From NCBI GenBank assembly GCA_030600555.1, contig JAUVLW010000002.1, positions 1,335 to 65,334 of the forward strand: a stretch of DNA of 64,000 nt. Direction: 5' to 3'. This DNA is from Candidatus Aenigmatarchaeota archaeon (GTDB lineage: Archaea; Aenigmatarchaeota; Aenigmatarchaeia; QMZS01). A program made the translations under genes and the position numbers. The notes under the pieces are model-generated. The model had not been told where the DNA came from. It worked only from the letters and a program-made list of their open reading frames with translations, and ran no database searches. Shown one piece after another: positions 1-9,264 of the stretch. Numbering within the stretch: the stretch's first letter is position 1; each line of letters opens with the position of its first letter.

Positions 1-147
1 TTTTATCTTTTTAGCTTCTGGAAGAAATTTATGGTAATAATAATCCCATACTGGAAAATGTTTTTCTATTTTTTTAATAGTATTTTTACCCAAATAAGAA
101 GTATGCGTAGAAATATATTTTGAATAAAGTTTTTCTTTATAGTTCAT
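1..147 (-). CDS. Partial CDS running off the window start; N-terminal 47 aa MNYKEKLYSKYISTHTSYLGKNT... Possibly a class I SAM methyltransferase associated with the polysaccharide cluster.
   Basis: Hand translation of the minus strand from the ATG at 147-145. The start overlaps the stop of the downstream GT1 gene in an ATGA arrangement. Family assignment is a guess from N-terminal composition only. Confidence 0.3.
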   Translation of the reverse strand, partial: MNYKEKLYSKYISTHTSYLGKNTIKKIEKHFPVWDYYYHKFLPEAKKIK

Positions 148-1262
148 TTTTTCACCATTTCAATAAATTTTTTAGTTCTTTCTTTGAATTTATTAATCCC
201 ATAAATTTCTATAACTTTTTTTCTTAAATATTTTTTATCCAATAGTTTTTTTGGAATTTTTTTGTTTAAAACATTAATTATAGTTTCTTCAAGGTCTTGA
301 AGATTTTCGGGATCTATTAAAACCCCAAGTTCACCATTTAATAAAGCATCACAAGACCCATCCCTATTTCCTGCAATTACAGGTTTACCACAAGCCAAAG
401 CCTCAAGAAAAACCATACCAAAACCTTCTCCTTTAGAAGGCATAGCAAATATATCACAAATATTATAATATTCAATTAATAAATTGTTGGGAACAAAACC
501 ACAAAAAATAACATAACTTTCTAAATTGAGTTCTTCAACCATTTTTTTAATTCTAGGCAAATCATTTCCTTTTCCAATTATAAGGTATTTTACATCAGGT
601 ATTTTTTTAATGATATTTGGCAATGCAGTTATAATATGGTCATAACCTTTATATTTTTCTGTTGAGAATAATCTTGAAACCGTTAATATAATGTTACTTT
701 TTTTTAAATTATATTTTTTAATTAATTCTTTATTTTTAGGTTTAATAAAAAATTTATTTTCTTCCACAAGGGGTGGGAATAATATAGAAGAATATTCTGA
801 TTTTATTTGCTTTTTAATTTTATTTGCAGTATAGTTGCTGAAGGGGGCAATCACCTTGGCATCTTTTATTATTTTTTTATCTGTTTTATCCAGATTCCAA
901 ACATCTATCCCATACCCAACAAATCCATATTTTATTTTAAATAATGGGTGGAGATAAGAGTACAATCTAAGAAGTGAAATATGGTTTGAAATTATGTATT
1001 CTGGTTTTTCAAATATTAAACTTTTCAGGAAGAAAAAAACAAATTTTAATTTTTTTATTAATTTATATTGCGAATCACAACAGAAATAGTTTATTTCATT
1101 GCAATTTTTTTCAATTTTTGGAGGTTCCTTATTATTAACTAAGATGGAATCAAACTTAGTTTCTTTTTCATAGTCAAGAATAGAACTTAAAAAATATTTA
1201 CTAAAAACTTCAATACCGCCTTTATCAGAAATTTCTGTAAACAATAATAATACTTTTCTCAT
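144..1262 (-). CDS. Glycosyltransferase family 1 (GT4-type, retaining)
   Basis: 372 aa ORF with the C-terminal EGFGMVFLEALACGKPVIA motif typical of the GT1/GT4 nucleotide-sugar binding fold. Sits in a sugar-nucleotide gene cluster. Confidence 0.8.
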   Translation of the reverse strand: MRKVLLLFTEISDKGGIEVFSKYFLSSILDYEKETKFDSILVNNKEPPKIEKNCNEINYFCCDSQYKLIKKLKFVFFFLKSLIFEKPEYIISNHISLLRLYSYLHPLFKIKYGFVGYGIDVWNLDKTDKKIIKDAKVIAPFSNYTANKIKKQIKSEYSSILFPPLVEENKFFIKPKNKELIKKYNLKKSNIILTVSRLFSTEKYKGYDHIITALPNIIKKIPDVKYLIIGKGNDLPRIKKMVEELNLESYVIFCGFVPNNLLIEYYNICDIFAMPSKGEGFGMVFLEALACGKPVIAGNRDGSCDALLNGELGVLIDPENLQDLEETIINVLNKKIPKKLLDKKYLRKKVIEIYGINKFKERTKKFIEMVKK

Positions 1263-1264
1263 TA

Positions 1265-2284
1265 TTATTTAAATAATTCTTTATTTTCAGAAACCCAATC
1301 GAAGAGTTTTTTTACGCCGTTCTTTATATTTATTTTAGGTTTCCACCCAAAATCTTTTTCTGCTTCTCTTATATCACAAACAAATACTTTTTGGTCGCCC
1401 GGTCTCCAATCTGAAAAAGAATATTTTATTTTATTCCCTGAAAATTCTTCCAATAAAGAAATCAATTCTAACAATGAAAGGGTATTCTTAGAACCACCGC
1501 CTATATTGTAATTATTCCCTTTAATTTTATCAATATTTTTAATAGCTTCTGTATAGCCATCAATTAAATCTCCAACAAAAAGAGTGTCTCTTACTTGTTC
1601 TCCATCACCATAAATTGTAATGGGTTCTCCAAGAACTGCGCGTATAGTGAACCAAGCAACCCACCCTTGATCTTCTATTCCAAATTGATGCGGACCATAG
1701 ATGCAGGATTGACGAAAATTCAAAGTTTTTAATCCATATATTCTGGAATAATCTCTGACATATTGGTCAGCAGCCCCTTTTGAACATCCATAAGGTGAAT
1801 AGAAATCCAGACAGGTATTTTCTGAAACCCCATAAGGCAGATTCAAGTATTCATATCTTTTGTTGCGTTCGATTATTTTTAAATCTTCCATATTACCATA
1901 GACTTTGTTAGTGGAAGCATTTAATAATATCGTATTCGGTTGATATTTTCTAACACCTTCACAAATATTAAAAGTTCCTAAAGCATTGGTATTAAAATCA
2001 TCTCTCGGATTAGTTACTGAGGTTGTAACCGCAACTTGAGCGGCAAGGTGTAAAACAACATCAATATTTTTATGGCTGATTAAACAACTTTTTATTTGAT
2101 CAAAATTTCGTATATCTCCGTTAATGAATGTAAAATCCCCCTGTTTTTTTAGCCAGTCTAAATTGTTTTCAGTACCTTTTCTTGAAAGATTGTCAAATAT
2201 AACAACCTCATCACAATTTTCAATAAATCTTTTTGCAGAATTTATCCCAATAAATCCAGCACCCCCTGTAATAAGGATTTTCAT
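1265..2284 (-). CDS. NAD-dependent epimerase/dehydratase (SDR family, CDP-paratose 2-epimerase / UDP-Glc 4-epimerase-like)
   Basis: Rossmann motif MKILITGGAGFIG plus a YxxxK region (YGCSKGAADQY). The ORF track starts at 2317, but the ATG at 2284 (MKILITGG) is the likelier start and removes the overlap with the upstream gene. Confidence 0.75.
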   Translation of the reverse strand: MKILITGGAGFIGINSAKRFIENCDEVVIFDNLSRKGTENNLDWLKKQGDFTFINGDIRNFDQIKSCLISHKNIDVVLHLAAQVAVTTSVTNPRDDFNTNALGTFNICEGVRKYQPNTILLNASTNKVYGNMEDLKIIERNKRYEYLNLPYGVSENTCLDFYSPYGCSKGAADQYVRDYSRIYGLKTLNFRQSCIYGPHQFGIEDQGWVAWFTIRAVLGEPITIYGDGEQVRDTLFVGDLIDGYTEAIKNIDKIKGNNYNIGGGSKNTLSLLELISLLEEFSGNKIKYSFSDWRPGDQKVFVCDIREAEKDFGWKPKINIKNGVKKLFDWVSENKELFK

Positions 2285-2294
2285 AATATTATTA

Positions 2295-3203
2295 TTAATC
2301 TTTTTTAAATTCCTCAATAGTTCTTTTTAACCCATCTTCTAAACTAATTTTTGGCTCCCAACCCAGAACCTCTTTAGCTTTTGTAATATCAGGGCATCTC
2401 CTCACAGGATCATCTTCAGGAAGTTCTTTAAAAACAATTTCCGATTTTGAATTAATTAATTCTTTAATCTTCTTTGCCAGTTCCATAATACTCATTTCAT
2501 TAGGGTTTCCAATATTTACAGGCTTCATATAATCAGAGTTCATTAGTTTAATCAACCCATCAACAGTATCTGAAACATAACAGAAACTTCTTGTTTGTTT
2601 ACCATCCCCGTATATGGTAATAGGTTCATTTTTAAGAGCGGAAACAATAAAATTACATACAACACGACCATCTCCGGAATTCAGTCTAGGACCATAAGTA
2701 TTAAAAATTCTTGCAATTCTGGTTTCAACCCCATATTCGCGGTTAAAATCACTCATCAGGGTTTCTCCAAGTCTTTTTGATTCATCATAACAGCTTCTGA
2801 TTCCAATTGTGTGAACATTTCCCCAATAGTCTTCTTTTTGAGGATGTTCCAAAGGATTCCCATATATTTCTGAAGTCGAAGTAAACAAAATTCTTGATTT
2901 ATGTTTTTGCGCTTCAACAAGCAGATTATAAGTCCCCACAGAATTGCTCAAAGCAGTTTCAACCGGGTTTTTCTGGTAAAATATTGGAGATGCCAAAGAA
3001 GCAAGATGGTATATCTGGTCAAACCCAGATAAAGTTCTTTTGTCAATGACATTATGATGAATAATATTCACATTCAGATTTTTCAGATTTTCAAGACTTC
3101 CTGAACTAAAATTATCCATTACAGTCACTTCATCATCTTTTATAAGTCTTTCAACTAAATGACTTCCAATAAAACCCGCGCCGCCTGTAACAAGGATATT
3201 CAT
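2295..3203 (-). CDS. UDP-glucuronate decarboxylase (UDP-xylose synthase, UXS-like SDR)
   Basis: MNILVTGGAGFIGSHLVERL Rossmann motif and the CYDESKRLGETL motif, which matches the UXS signature YDEGKR. Track start 3293 is probably too far upstream. The ATG at 3203 gives a canonical N-terminus. Confidence 0.7.
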   Translation of the reverse strand: MNILVTGGAGFIGSHLVERLIKDDEVTVMDNFSSGSLENLKNLNVNIIHHNVIDKRTLSGFDQIYHLASLASPIFYQKNPVETALSNSVGTYNLLVEAQKHKSRILFTSTSEIYGNPLEHPQKEDYWGNVHTIGIRSCYDESKRLGETLMSDFNREYGVETRIARIFNTYGPRLNSGDGRVVCNFIVSALKNEPITIYGDGKQTRSFCYVSDTVDGLIKLMNSDYMKPVNIGNPNEMSIMELAKKIKELINSKSEIVFKELPEDDPVRRCPDITKAKEVLGWEPKISLEDGLKRTIEEFKKD

Positions 3204-3334
3204 AATATTAGTAAATTTAAAATAATCAATACAAAAACATACTAATATATATTCCCTTTGTGGAAATGGCTGCTGTCTGATTAATCCAACCACTCAAAAT
3301 AACAAAACTCTAAATAATTTTACTATAGCCTATT

Positions 3335-4087
3335 ATGAAACTCCAAGAGAAATATCTAAAAACAATTTTAATAATTTTTTTAATAACTGTTTCTTGTCAC
3401 CTTGCAATTAATTTTGAGATATATTTAGATAATCAAAATTTCATCCAAAAAATATTATCTGAAAATGATATTGATAAATACAAAACAGAATCTGAGGTTG
3501 CACAAGCTATAACTTCTATTACTTTTAATAATATCAAAAATTATACCGGAAACAAATCAGCTTTTATTTATTGTGGAACTCCACTAAATATTTATAAAGA
3601 CGGTGGGGCTTGCGGCTGTAAATCTTTATTTACCTTAAGTTTGTTAAAAGAAGCAGGAATTGAAGCGCACATACTTGGACTTACTCAAGGGAAGAATAAT
3701 TATGCTTTTAAACATGTTATTATTGAAGCTAAAATTGGAAATAGGTATATTATTTTAGACCCTTCTTTTAACACTTCATATAATTATTCAAAAGAACAAT
3801 TAAAGAGTAAAACAATATTTGATGAATATATTGCCAAAATTAAAGAGGACTCAAATATAGTTTATCCAAAATTATATAATTTCACAACTTATTCTTATTT
3901 CAATTATAATCTATTCGGTCCATTTAAAAATATAGCCTTTTCTTTTTCCAAAAAATTAGATTCAACATTAGGTTATAAAATATATCAACCCTATTTTATA
4001 ATAAGATGCGATTTAAGATATATATTTATCTCATTATTTTTGATGGTATTGTTATCTTTAATTCTAATTAAGGTTTATAGAATATAA
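3335..4087 (+). CDS. Membrane-anchored transglutaminase-like cysteine protease-domain protein
   Basis: N- and C-terminal hydrophobic segments. Core motif GGACGCKSLFTLSLLKEAGIEAHILG matches the GxCxx(F/A)...LLRAxGIPAR pattern of transglutaminase-like domains. A downstream His (FKHVIIEA) and Asp (ILDPS) complete a Cys-His-Asp triad. Confidence 0.45.
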   Translation: MKLQEKYLKTILIIFLITVSCHLAINFEIYLDNQNFIQKILSENDIDKYKTESEVAQAITSITFNNIKNYTGNKSAFIYCGTPLNIYKDGGACGCKSLFTLSLLKEAGIEAHILGLTQGKNNYAFKHVIIEAKIGNRYIILDPSFNTSYNYSKEQLKSKTIFDEYIAKIKEDSNIVYPKLYNFTTYSYFNYNLFGPFKNIAFSFSKKLDSTLGYKIYQPYFIIRCDLRYIFISLFLMVLLSLILIKVYRI

Positions 4088-4108
4088 GTTTAATCCAACA
4101 CATAAACT

Positions 4109-5908
4109 TTAAATCCATTCACTCAAAACAACAAGACTCCAAACCTTTGAGAAATGTATTTTTTTATTATAGAAATCTCTTAATAATTTATTCACCAATT
4201 TTTCATCAAAAGAAGACCTTTCCAGTTTTTTCTCAACAAAATCCTTCAATTCTTCTTTCATCCATAATTCAAATGGAAGCACAAAACCCTGTTTTTTCCT
4301 ATAAACAATTTCTTCAGGTAGTTTATTCCCAAGTGCTTTTACAAGCAGTCTTTTTGGGGTTTTTCCAATTTTATACTGGGAAGGAATCCCCGCAACCAAT
4401 TCAATCAATTTGTGGTCAACAAAAGGAACCCTGATTTCAAGAGAATGAGCCATTGAGAAAACATCTGTGTCTCTCAGGAGCTGGTTTGACATATACTGAG
4501 TTAATTCCAAAAACGAAACTTTTGACAGATAATCGGTGTCTGGTAAATTAATTTTATCTAAAAAAACAGGAAATCCAAGCAAATTTTCAGATTGTTTGTT
4601 GTTAAAAATTCCCCTGTAAATAGAATAAGATTCGCTAAAAGAGTTGCTTGAAAGAAGAGACAAAATTTTAGCTTTTGAATCAAAAGAATTTCCAGATAAT
4701 TTACTAAATATTTTATTTCTAAAAGGAATAACAGAAAAAATTTTGGAAAATCTCTGCAATAAAGGCAGTTGGGTGAATGAATTATAACCACAGAAAATTT
4801 CATCTCCTCCAAGGCCTGATAAAACAACCTTTAAATTTAATCTGGAAGCTGCGAGGGAAACAAAATATGAATTAATTCCGTCAACTGTTGGCTGATCCAT
4901 ATATTCAAATATTCTATTAATATGTTTTTTTAAATCACTACCGGTTATTTCAATTTCATTGTGGTCTGTTTTAAATTTATCAGAAACAATTTTTGCGTAT
5001 TTGCTTTCATCATAATTTGTTCCAGGGAAGATAATTGATAAGGTTTTTATCTCTTTTTGTTTTGCTTCTCTAGCAAGAGCCACTATTGCGGAAGAATCAA
5101 TACCACCGCTTAAAAAACATCCTACAGGAACATCACTTATAAGATGGTATTTCACAGAATCAAGCAAACAATCATGTATTTTTTTTATAGATTCCGCTTC
5201 TGAAATATTTTCTTTTTTCATAAAAATTTCTAAAGGATTATAATATTCTTTTTTAATTAATTTTCCTTTTTGAAATATTAGAAAACATCCGGGTTCTAAT
5301 GCAGAAATTCCTGCATATATTGTGTCTGGGGGCGGTATGGAGCCATTAAGCATGAAGAGACCAGCGGCTTTTTTATTGATATTTTTTTCAATTAAATTTG
5401 AAGATAATATTCCTTTTAACTCTGATGCGAAAACAAAATATTCATTTGAATAATTATAATAAATTGGTTTAATTCCAAATCTATCTCTTGCCAGAAACAA
5501 TTTTTCTTTTTTAGAATCCCAGATTGCAAAAGCAAACATCCCTCTTAAGTCATCCAGTAATTTTTCTCCTTTTTCTTTGTAGAGATAAAGTATAACTTCT
5601 GTATCTGAGGTTGATTTAAATTTATATTTCTTTTCCAGTTTTTTTCGCAGTTCTTTATAATTGTAAATTTCCCCGTTAAAGACAATATGTATTGAATTAT
5701 CTCTATCTGACATTGGCTGGTTTCCTGAAGAGCTCAGGTCAATGATGCTCAGTCTTCTGTGCGCAAGTCCAATAGTCCACCCATTTTTAGAATCAATAAA
5801 AGAACCTTTTGCATCAGGACCTCTATGAGATAAAACCTTTTGAAATTTATTCAGAGTTTTTTTTGTATTTAGATTTCCTTTACTCAAGATTCCCGCTATA
5901 CCGCACAT
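4109..5908 (-). CDS. asnB: Asparagine synthase (glutamine-hydrolysing)
   Basis: N-terminal MCGIAGI (Cys2 Ntn glutaminase nucleophile) and the SGGIDSS PP-loop motif in a 599-aa ORF. Confidence 0.85.
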   Translation of the reverse strand: MCGIAGILSKGNLNTKKTLNKFQKVLSHRGPDAKGSFIDSKNGWTIGLAHRRLSIIDLSSSGNQPMSDRDNSIHIVFNGEIYNYKELRKKLEKKYKFKSTSDTEVILYLYKEKGEKLLDDLRGMFAFAIWDSKKEKLFLARDRFGIKPIYYNYSNEYFVFASELKGILSSNLIEKNINKKAAGLFMLNGSIPPPDTIYAGISALEPGCFLIFQKGKLIKKEYYNPLEIFMKKENISEAESIKKIHDCLLDSVKYHLISDVPVGCFLSGGIDSSAIVALAREAKQKEIKTLSIIFPGTNYDESKYAKIVSDKFKTDHNEIEITGSDLKKHINRIFEYMDQPTVDGINSYFVSLAASRLNLKVVLSGLGGDEIFCGYNSFTQLPLLQRFSKIFSVIPFRNKIFSKLSGNSFDSKAKILSLLSSNSFSESYSIYRGIFNNKQSENLLGFPVFLDKINLPDTDYLSKVSFLELTQYMSNQLLRDTDVFSMAHSLEIRVPFVDHKLIELVAGIPSQYKIGKTPKRLLVKALGNKLPEEIVYRKKQGFVLPFELWMKEELKDFVEKKLERSSFDEKLVNKLLRDFYNKKIHFSKVWSLVVLSEWI

Positions 5909-5950
5909 AATAATATCCTGTAATTATTTTAGAGGGATTATTTAAATAAG

Positions 5951-7498
5951 TTATAATATTTTAAACAAAAAGAAACCCTTATTGCTTAATTTTTCTTCAA
6001 CTCTGAATTTTCCAGAGCTAAATATCTCCTGTATTTTTAAATTAGTTTGATTTAAACCAAAATCTTTGACACAAGAGCCGTCAAGTATTAAATATTTATA
6101 CTCATATTTTTTCAGGAAGATTAAATTATTATTTAAAGTATCATTTAGAGCTATTTTTTTATAATCTTCAATTTCTTTAATCCAAGGATAATCCATTTTA
6201 TCCATACCTATAAGGGTTTTAGGGTTTTTGCATAAACTATACACCAGTGTATTTGGCGGAAGTTCTTTTAATCCAATATACCCTTGAATCTGTTCATTGG
6301 AAGCCCACCCTACACCAGGAGGCCATTGGGAAGTCTGCACCATATATTTTGGATAAGCTGAAGTAATTAAAATTCCTGCGAATATCAAGGAAATTATTAT
6401 ATAGGAAATCGCTTTATCTTTTTTTGTTGAGTTATAAATCAAAATTATATTCCATGCAACTAAAATTACCACAGGTATTGCAAAGAATACCCAGAATCTG
6501 TGAGGCATTAATTTAAAAGGAAGAGCATTTCCTTCCACACCCAGGAATCCTATAATTAACCATAATAGCGAGATTAACAGGTATTTGTTGCGCGGGTTGA
6601 TTAATTTCTTTCGCTGATATAGTAACACAATGATGGAGAATAATAATAACACAAAAATCACAGGACCCAACCCAGTTGCCTGATCCATTTTTGAAACATT
6701 AGGTGCAATTACGAAATCCTGCAATCCATAAACAAGGCCTCCTGAAGTATCTGCAGTTGTTCCGCCAACAAAGAAATCTTTTTTAATGAAACCCATTCTT
6801 TCTCCAGCGTCATCCCAACCCCTAAAACCTATTTCGGGCAACCAATAAATTGATACAGCAAGAATCAATCCGAGAAATCCCGCAATAAATAAATATTTTA
6901 TTTCTTTACTTTTGAATATCTTGATAAGATTATGTTTTTTGGAGTTTAATAAAGTGGTGATGAATTCGACTGAAAAGTAACACACAAAGAACATCATAAA
7001 TATTGCTGCTGTTGAGGATTGGGTTATTAAAATTGCGGATATTGTTAAGATACTCGTTACCAACCATTTTTTCTTTTTCTCATTCTTCATTTTTTCAATG
7101 GAATATAAAGCAGGGAACCAAAGAACTAAGGCAAGTGTCTGTGCCCAGATAAAATGATTCATAAAACATGGAAGAACCGCAAACAAAAAAGTTCCGGTCA
7201 AGGCAGTATTATCTGATTGGGTAAATTTTCTCAACCAGATATAAATGAAAGGAAGACCTAAAGTGATAAGTAAAACATTGAAAAATTTCAAGACCCATTG
7301 CACGGATTCTGGGTGGACTTGATGCAACACACCCATCACAGTAGAATAAAAAGGAGGATATGGTTCAAGGTAATGCATTGGAAAATGGTCTGGTTGAATA
7401 TAGGTGTGTTCTATTGAAACATATTTTGCGGCTTTAGCATGCCCCCAAGAATCATCATCTTCAAGATAAGGATAACTAAAAGCCCCTGTCAGGTACAC
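5951..7498 (-). CDS. GT-C fold membrane glycosyltransferase (ArnT/PMT-like, GT39/GT83 family)
   Basis: Polytopic membrane protein with an early acidic loop motif YPYLEDDDSW. The annotated start is a GTG at 7498. The reading frame stays open upstream to about 7686 (adding ...LCYFYGLIWQAFLIISLIIPLY...), with no ATG, GTG or TTG in that stretch. Confidence 0.55.
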   Translation of the reverse strand: MYLTGAFSYPYLEDDDSWGHAKAAKYVSIEHTYIQPDHFPMHYLEPYPPFYSTVMGVLHQVHPESVQWVLKFFNVLLITLGLPFIYIWLRKFTQSDNTALTGTFLFAVLPCFMNHFIWAQTLALVLWFPALYSIEKMKNEKKKKWLVTSILTISAILITQSSTAAIFMMFFVCYFSVEFITTLLNSKKHNLIKIFKSKEIKYLFIAGFLGLILAVSIYWLPEIGFRGWDDAGERMGFIKKDFFVGGTTADTSGGLVYGLQDFVIAPNVSKMDQATGLGPVIFVLLLFSIIVLLYQRKKLINPRNKYLLISLLWLIIGFLGVEGNALPFKLMPHRFWVFFAIPVVILVAWNIILIYNSTKKDKAISYIIISLIFAGILITSAYPKYMVQTSQWPPGVGWASNEQIQGYIGLKELPPNTLVYSLCKNPKTLIGMDKMDYPWIKEIEDYKKIALNDTLNNNLIFLKKYEYKYLILDGSCVKDFGLNQTNLKIQEIFSSGKFRVEEKLSNKGFFLFKIL

Positions 7499-7651
7499 AT
7501 AGAAAAATACTAAAGTTATTAATCCAACAACAATATAATTTTTATAAGCAATATTTGAAAAGTCTAATTTTAATTTATTCTGTTTTATTTTTTCGCCCAG
7601 AGAATATAAAGGAATTATAAGAGAGATGATTAAAAAAGCCTGCCAGATTAA

Positions 7652-8185
7652 ACCGTAAAAATAGCAAAGACGGAAGGGGCGGAAATCTTACTTCAGGAAG
7701 GCAAAGGCAAGGGAATGGGTTTTCAGACTTTCCTTAAAAAATATCCAATCAAAGAAGACGAACTTTATGTAATGCTTGACGGGGATGCAAGTTATCCCGC
7801 AAAAGATATACCAATATTTTTGGAGAATTTAAAAGAATATGAAATAATTTCAGGAAAAAGAAAAGGAGTAAGATTTAAATTGAAAAATATTGTTCATTTC
7901 ATAGGAAATAAAATTATCAGTTTATTAGGATTTTTGTTGTATGGGAGATATATTGATATTTGCACAGGCATGTGGGGTTTTAGAGGGGATGTTTTAAAAA
8001 ACATGAAAATTTCCGCAAAGGGTTTTGAACTTGAAGCGGATTTGTTTATGAATATGCGCAGGTTAAATTTAAAATCAAAAGAAATTTTGATTGATTATTT
8101 TCCAAGAATTGGGGAAGAAAAACTCAAAGAATCTGATGGGTTTAGAATTATTTATTTTTTAATCAGGAAGAGATTTGCAAGCTAA
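7652..8185 (+). pseudogene. 5'-truncated GT2 glycosyltransferase fragment (dolichyl-phosphate mannose/glucose synthase-like); only the C-terminal ~175 aa are present
   Basis: The frame is open from 7652 (stop at 7649-7651), with the first ATG at 7715. The encoded ...AEILLQEGKGKGMGFQTFL...LDGDASYP...ICTGMWGFRGD...GFELEADL corresponds to the C-terminal half of DPM1-like GT2 enzymes. The N-terminal Rossmann half, including the first DxD, is absent. Confidence 0.5.
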
Positions 8186-8197
8186 ACAGAATTTTTC

Positions 8198-9121
8198 TTA
8201 TTTAACTCTCAACCAACACAACAATCCAAGTCCTCCAAGAATATAATCTTCAAGCATAATACCTAAAGAGAAAGCAATTGCCAATTCCGGAGAGATTCCA
8301 AAAGTTGATAAGAGTAAAACCGCAGCAGCTTCTCTCGTTCCTATACCGGAAATTGAAATTGGAATTAACTGAACTAAAATCAGCACAGGCATGATTAGAC
8401 AAATTGAAAAATAAGATAAATTTAATCCAAGTGAAAGGGACAAAAACCAGAACTGGACAAAACAACCAAACCAGGCAAGGACACTCAGCAAAAAGTTAAT
8501 AATTATTTTATTTTTATCCAGTCTGTTAAAATTATCATAAAAAATATTAATATTTTCTCCGGCAATACCTTTAAATTTTTCAGGAACTAAAATTTTGTAA
8601 AAAGGCATACCAATTTTTTTAATTAATTTTTCATTTTTCAAAATAAAGATACCTATAATGAAAAATACGAAGAATAACAAGAATAGATAATTCAGGTAAG
8701 ATAAATGGGTTTTATTTGAGAATAAAATAAAAACTGCGAATATTCCAAGAATGAAGAGGACAAAAATATCATTAAGACGGTCAACCAGAATGGTGAGAAA
8801 ACTTTTCCCTGGTTTTGATTTCAGGAATTTTGCTTTTGTAAAGTCGCCAACTTTTCCCGGAGTTAACATTCCAATACCAAATCCCGCAACCCATGCAAAG
8901 ACACCTTCAGATAAACTAATTTTATCTTTTTTGTCTATGAGCAACAACCATTTTATAACTTTTACGAAAACTACAGGGATAATAAACAAAAGAGAGATTA
9001 ACAGATAAGTATAATTCATTGATTTGAAAGAAGCCAGCAAAAGATTTAAATTAATCGTTGACATCATATAGATGAATATACCAATACCAATCAACCCAAA
9101 TAATCTGAAATAGTTTTTCAT
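8198..9121 (-). CDS. Flippase-like membrane protein (lysylphosphatidylglycerol-synthase TM-region / UPF0104 family)
   Basis: 307 aa with about 8 TM segments and a C-terminal GIGTREAAAVLLLSTFGISPELAIAFSLGIM motif. This family commonly partners with GT2 enzymes in archaeal glycosylation loci. Confidence 0.6.
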   Translation of the reverse strand: MKNYFRLFGLIGIGIFIYMMSTINLNLLLASFKSMNYTYLLISLLFIIPVVFVKVIKWLLLIDKKDKISLSEGVFAWVAGFGIGMLTPGKVGDFTKAKFLKSKPGKSFLTILVDRLNDIFVLFILGIFAVFILFSNKTHLSYLNYLFLLFFVFFIIGIFILKNEKLIKKIGMPFYKILVPEKFKGIAGENINIFYDNFNRLDKNKIIINFLLSVLAWFGCFVQFWFLSLSLGLNLSYFSICLIMPVLILVQLIPISISGIGTREAAAVLLLSTFGISPELAIAFSLGIMLEDYILGGLGLLCWLRVK

Positions 9122-9264
9122 AATATATTTACTTTCAAATAACCGAATGATTTTTATTAAGTAACTTAATTTATTTTATCAATTAAATCAGTTTAACTTC
9201 TTTTTGGATTTTTAGATAACCTCCAAATATTTGGATAACTTAAAAACTTATTTCAAATAATAAG

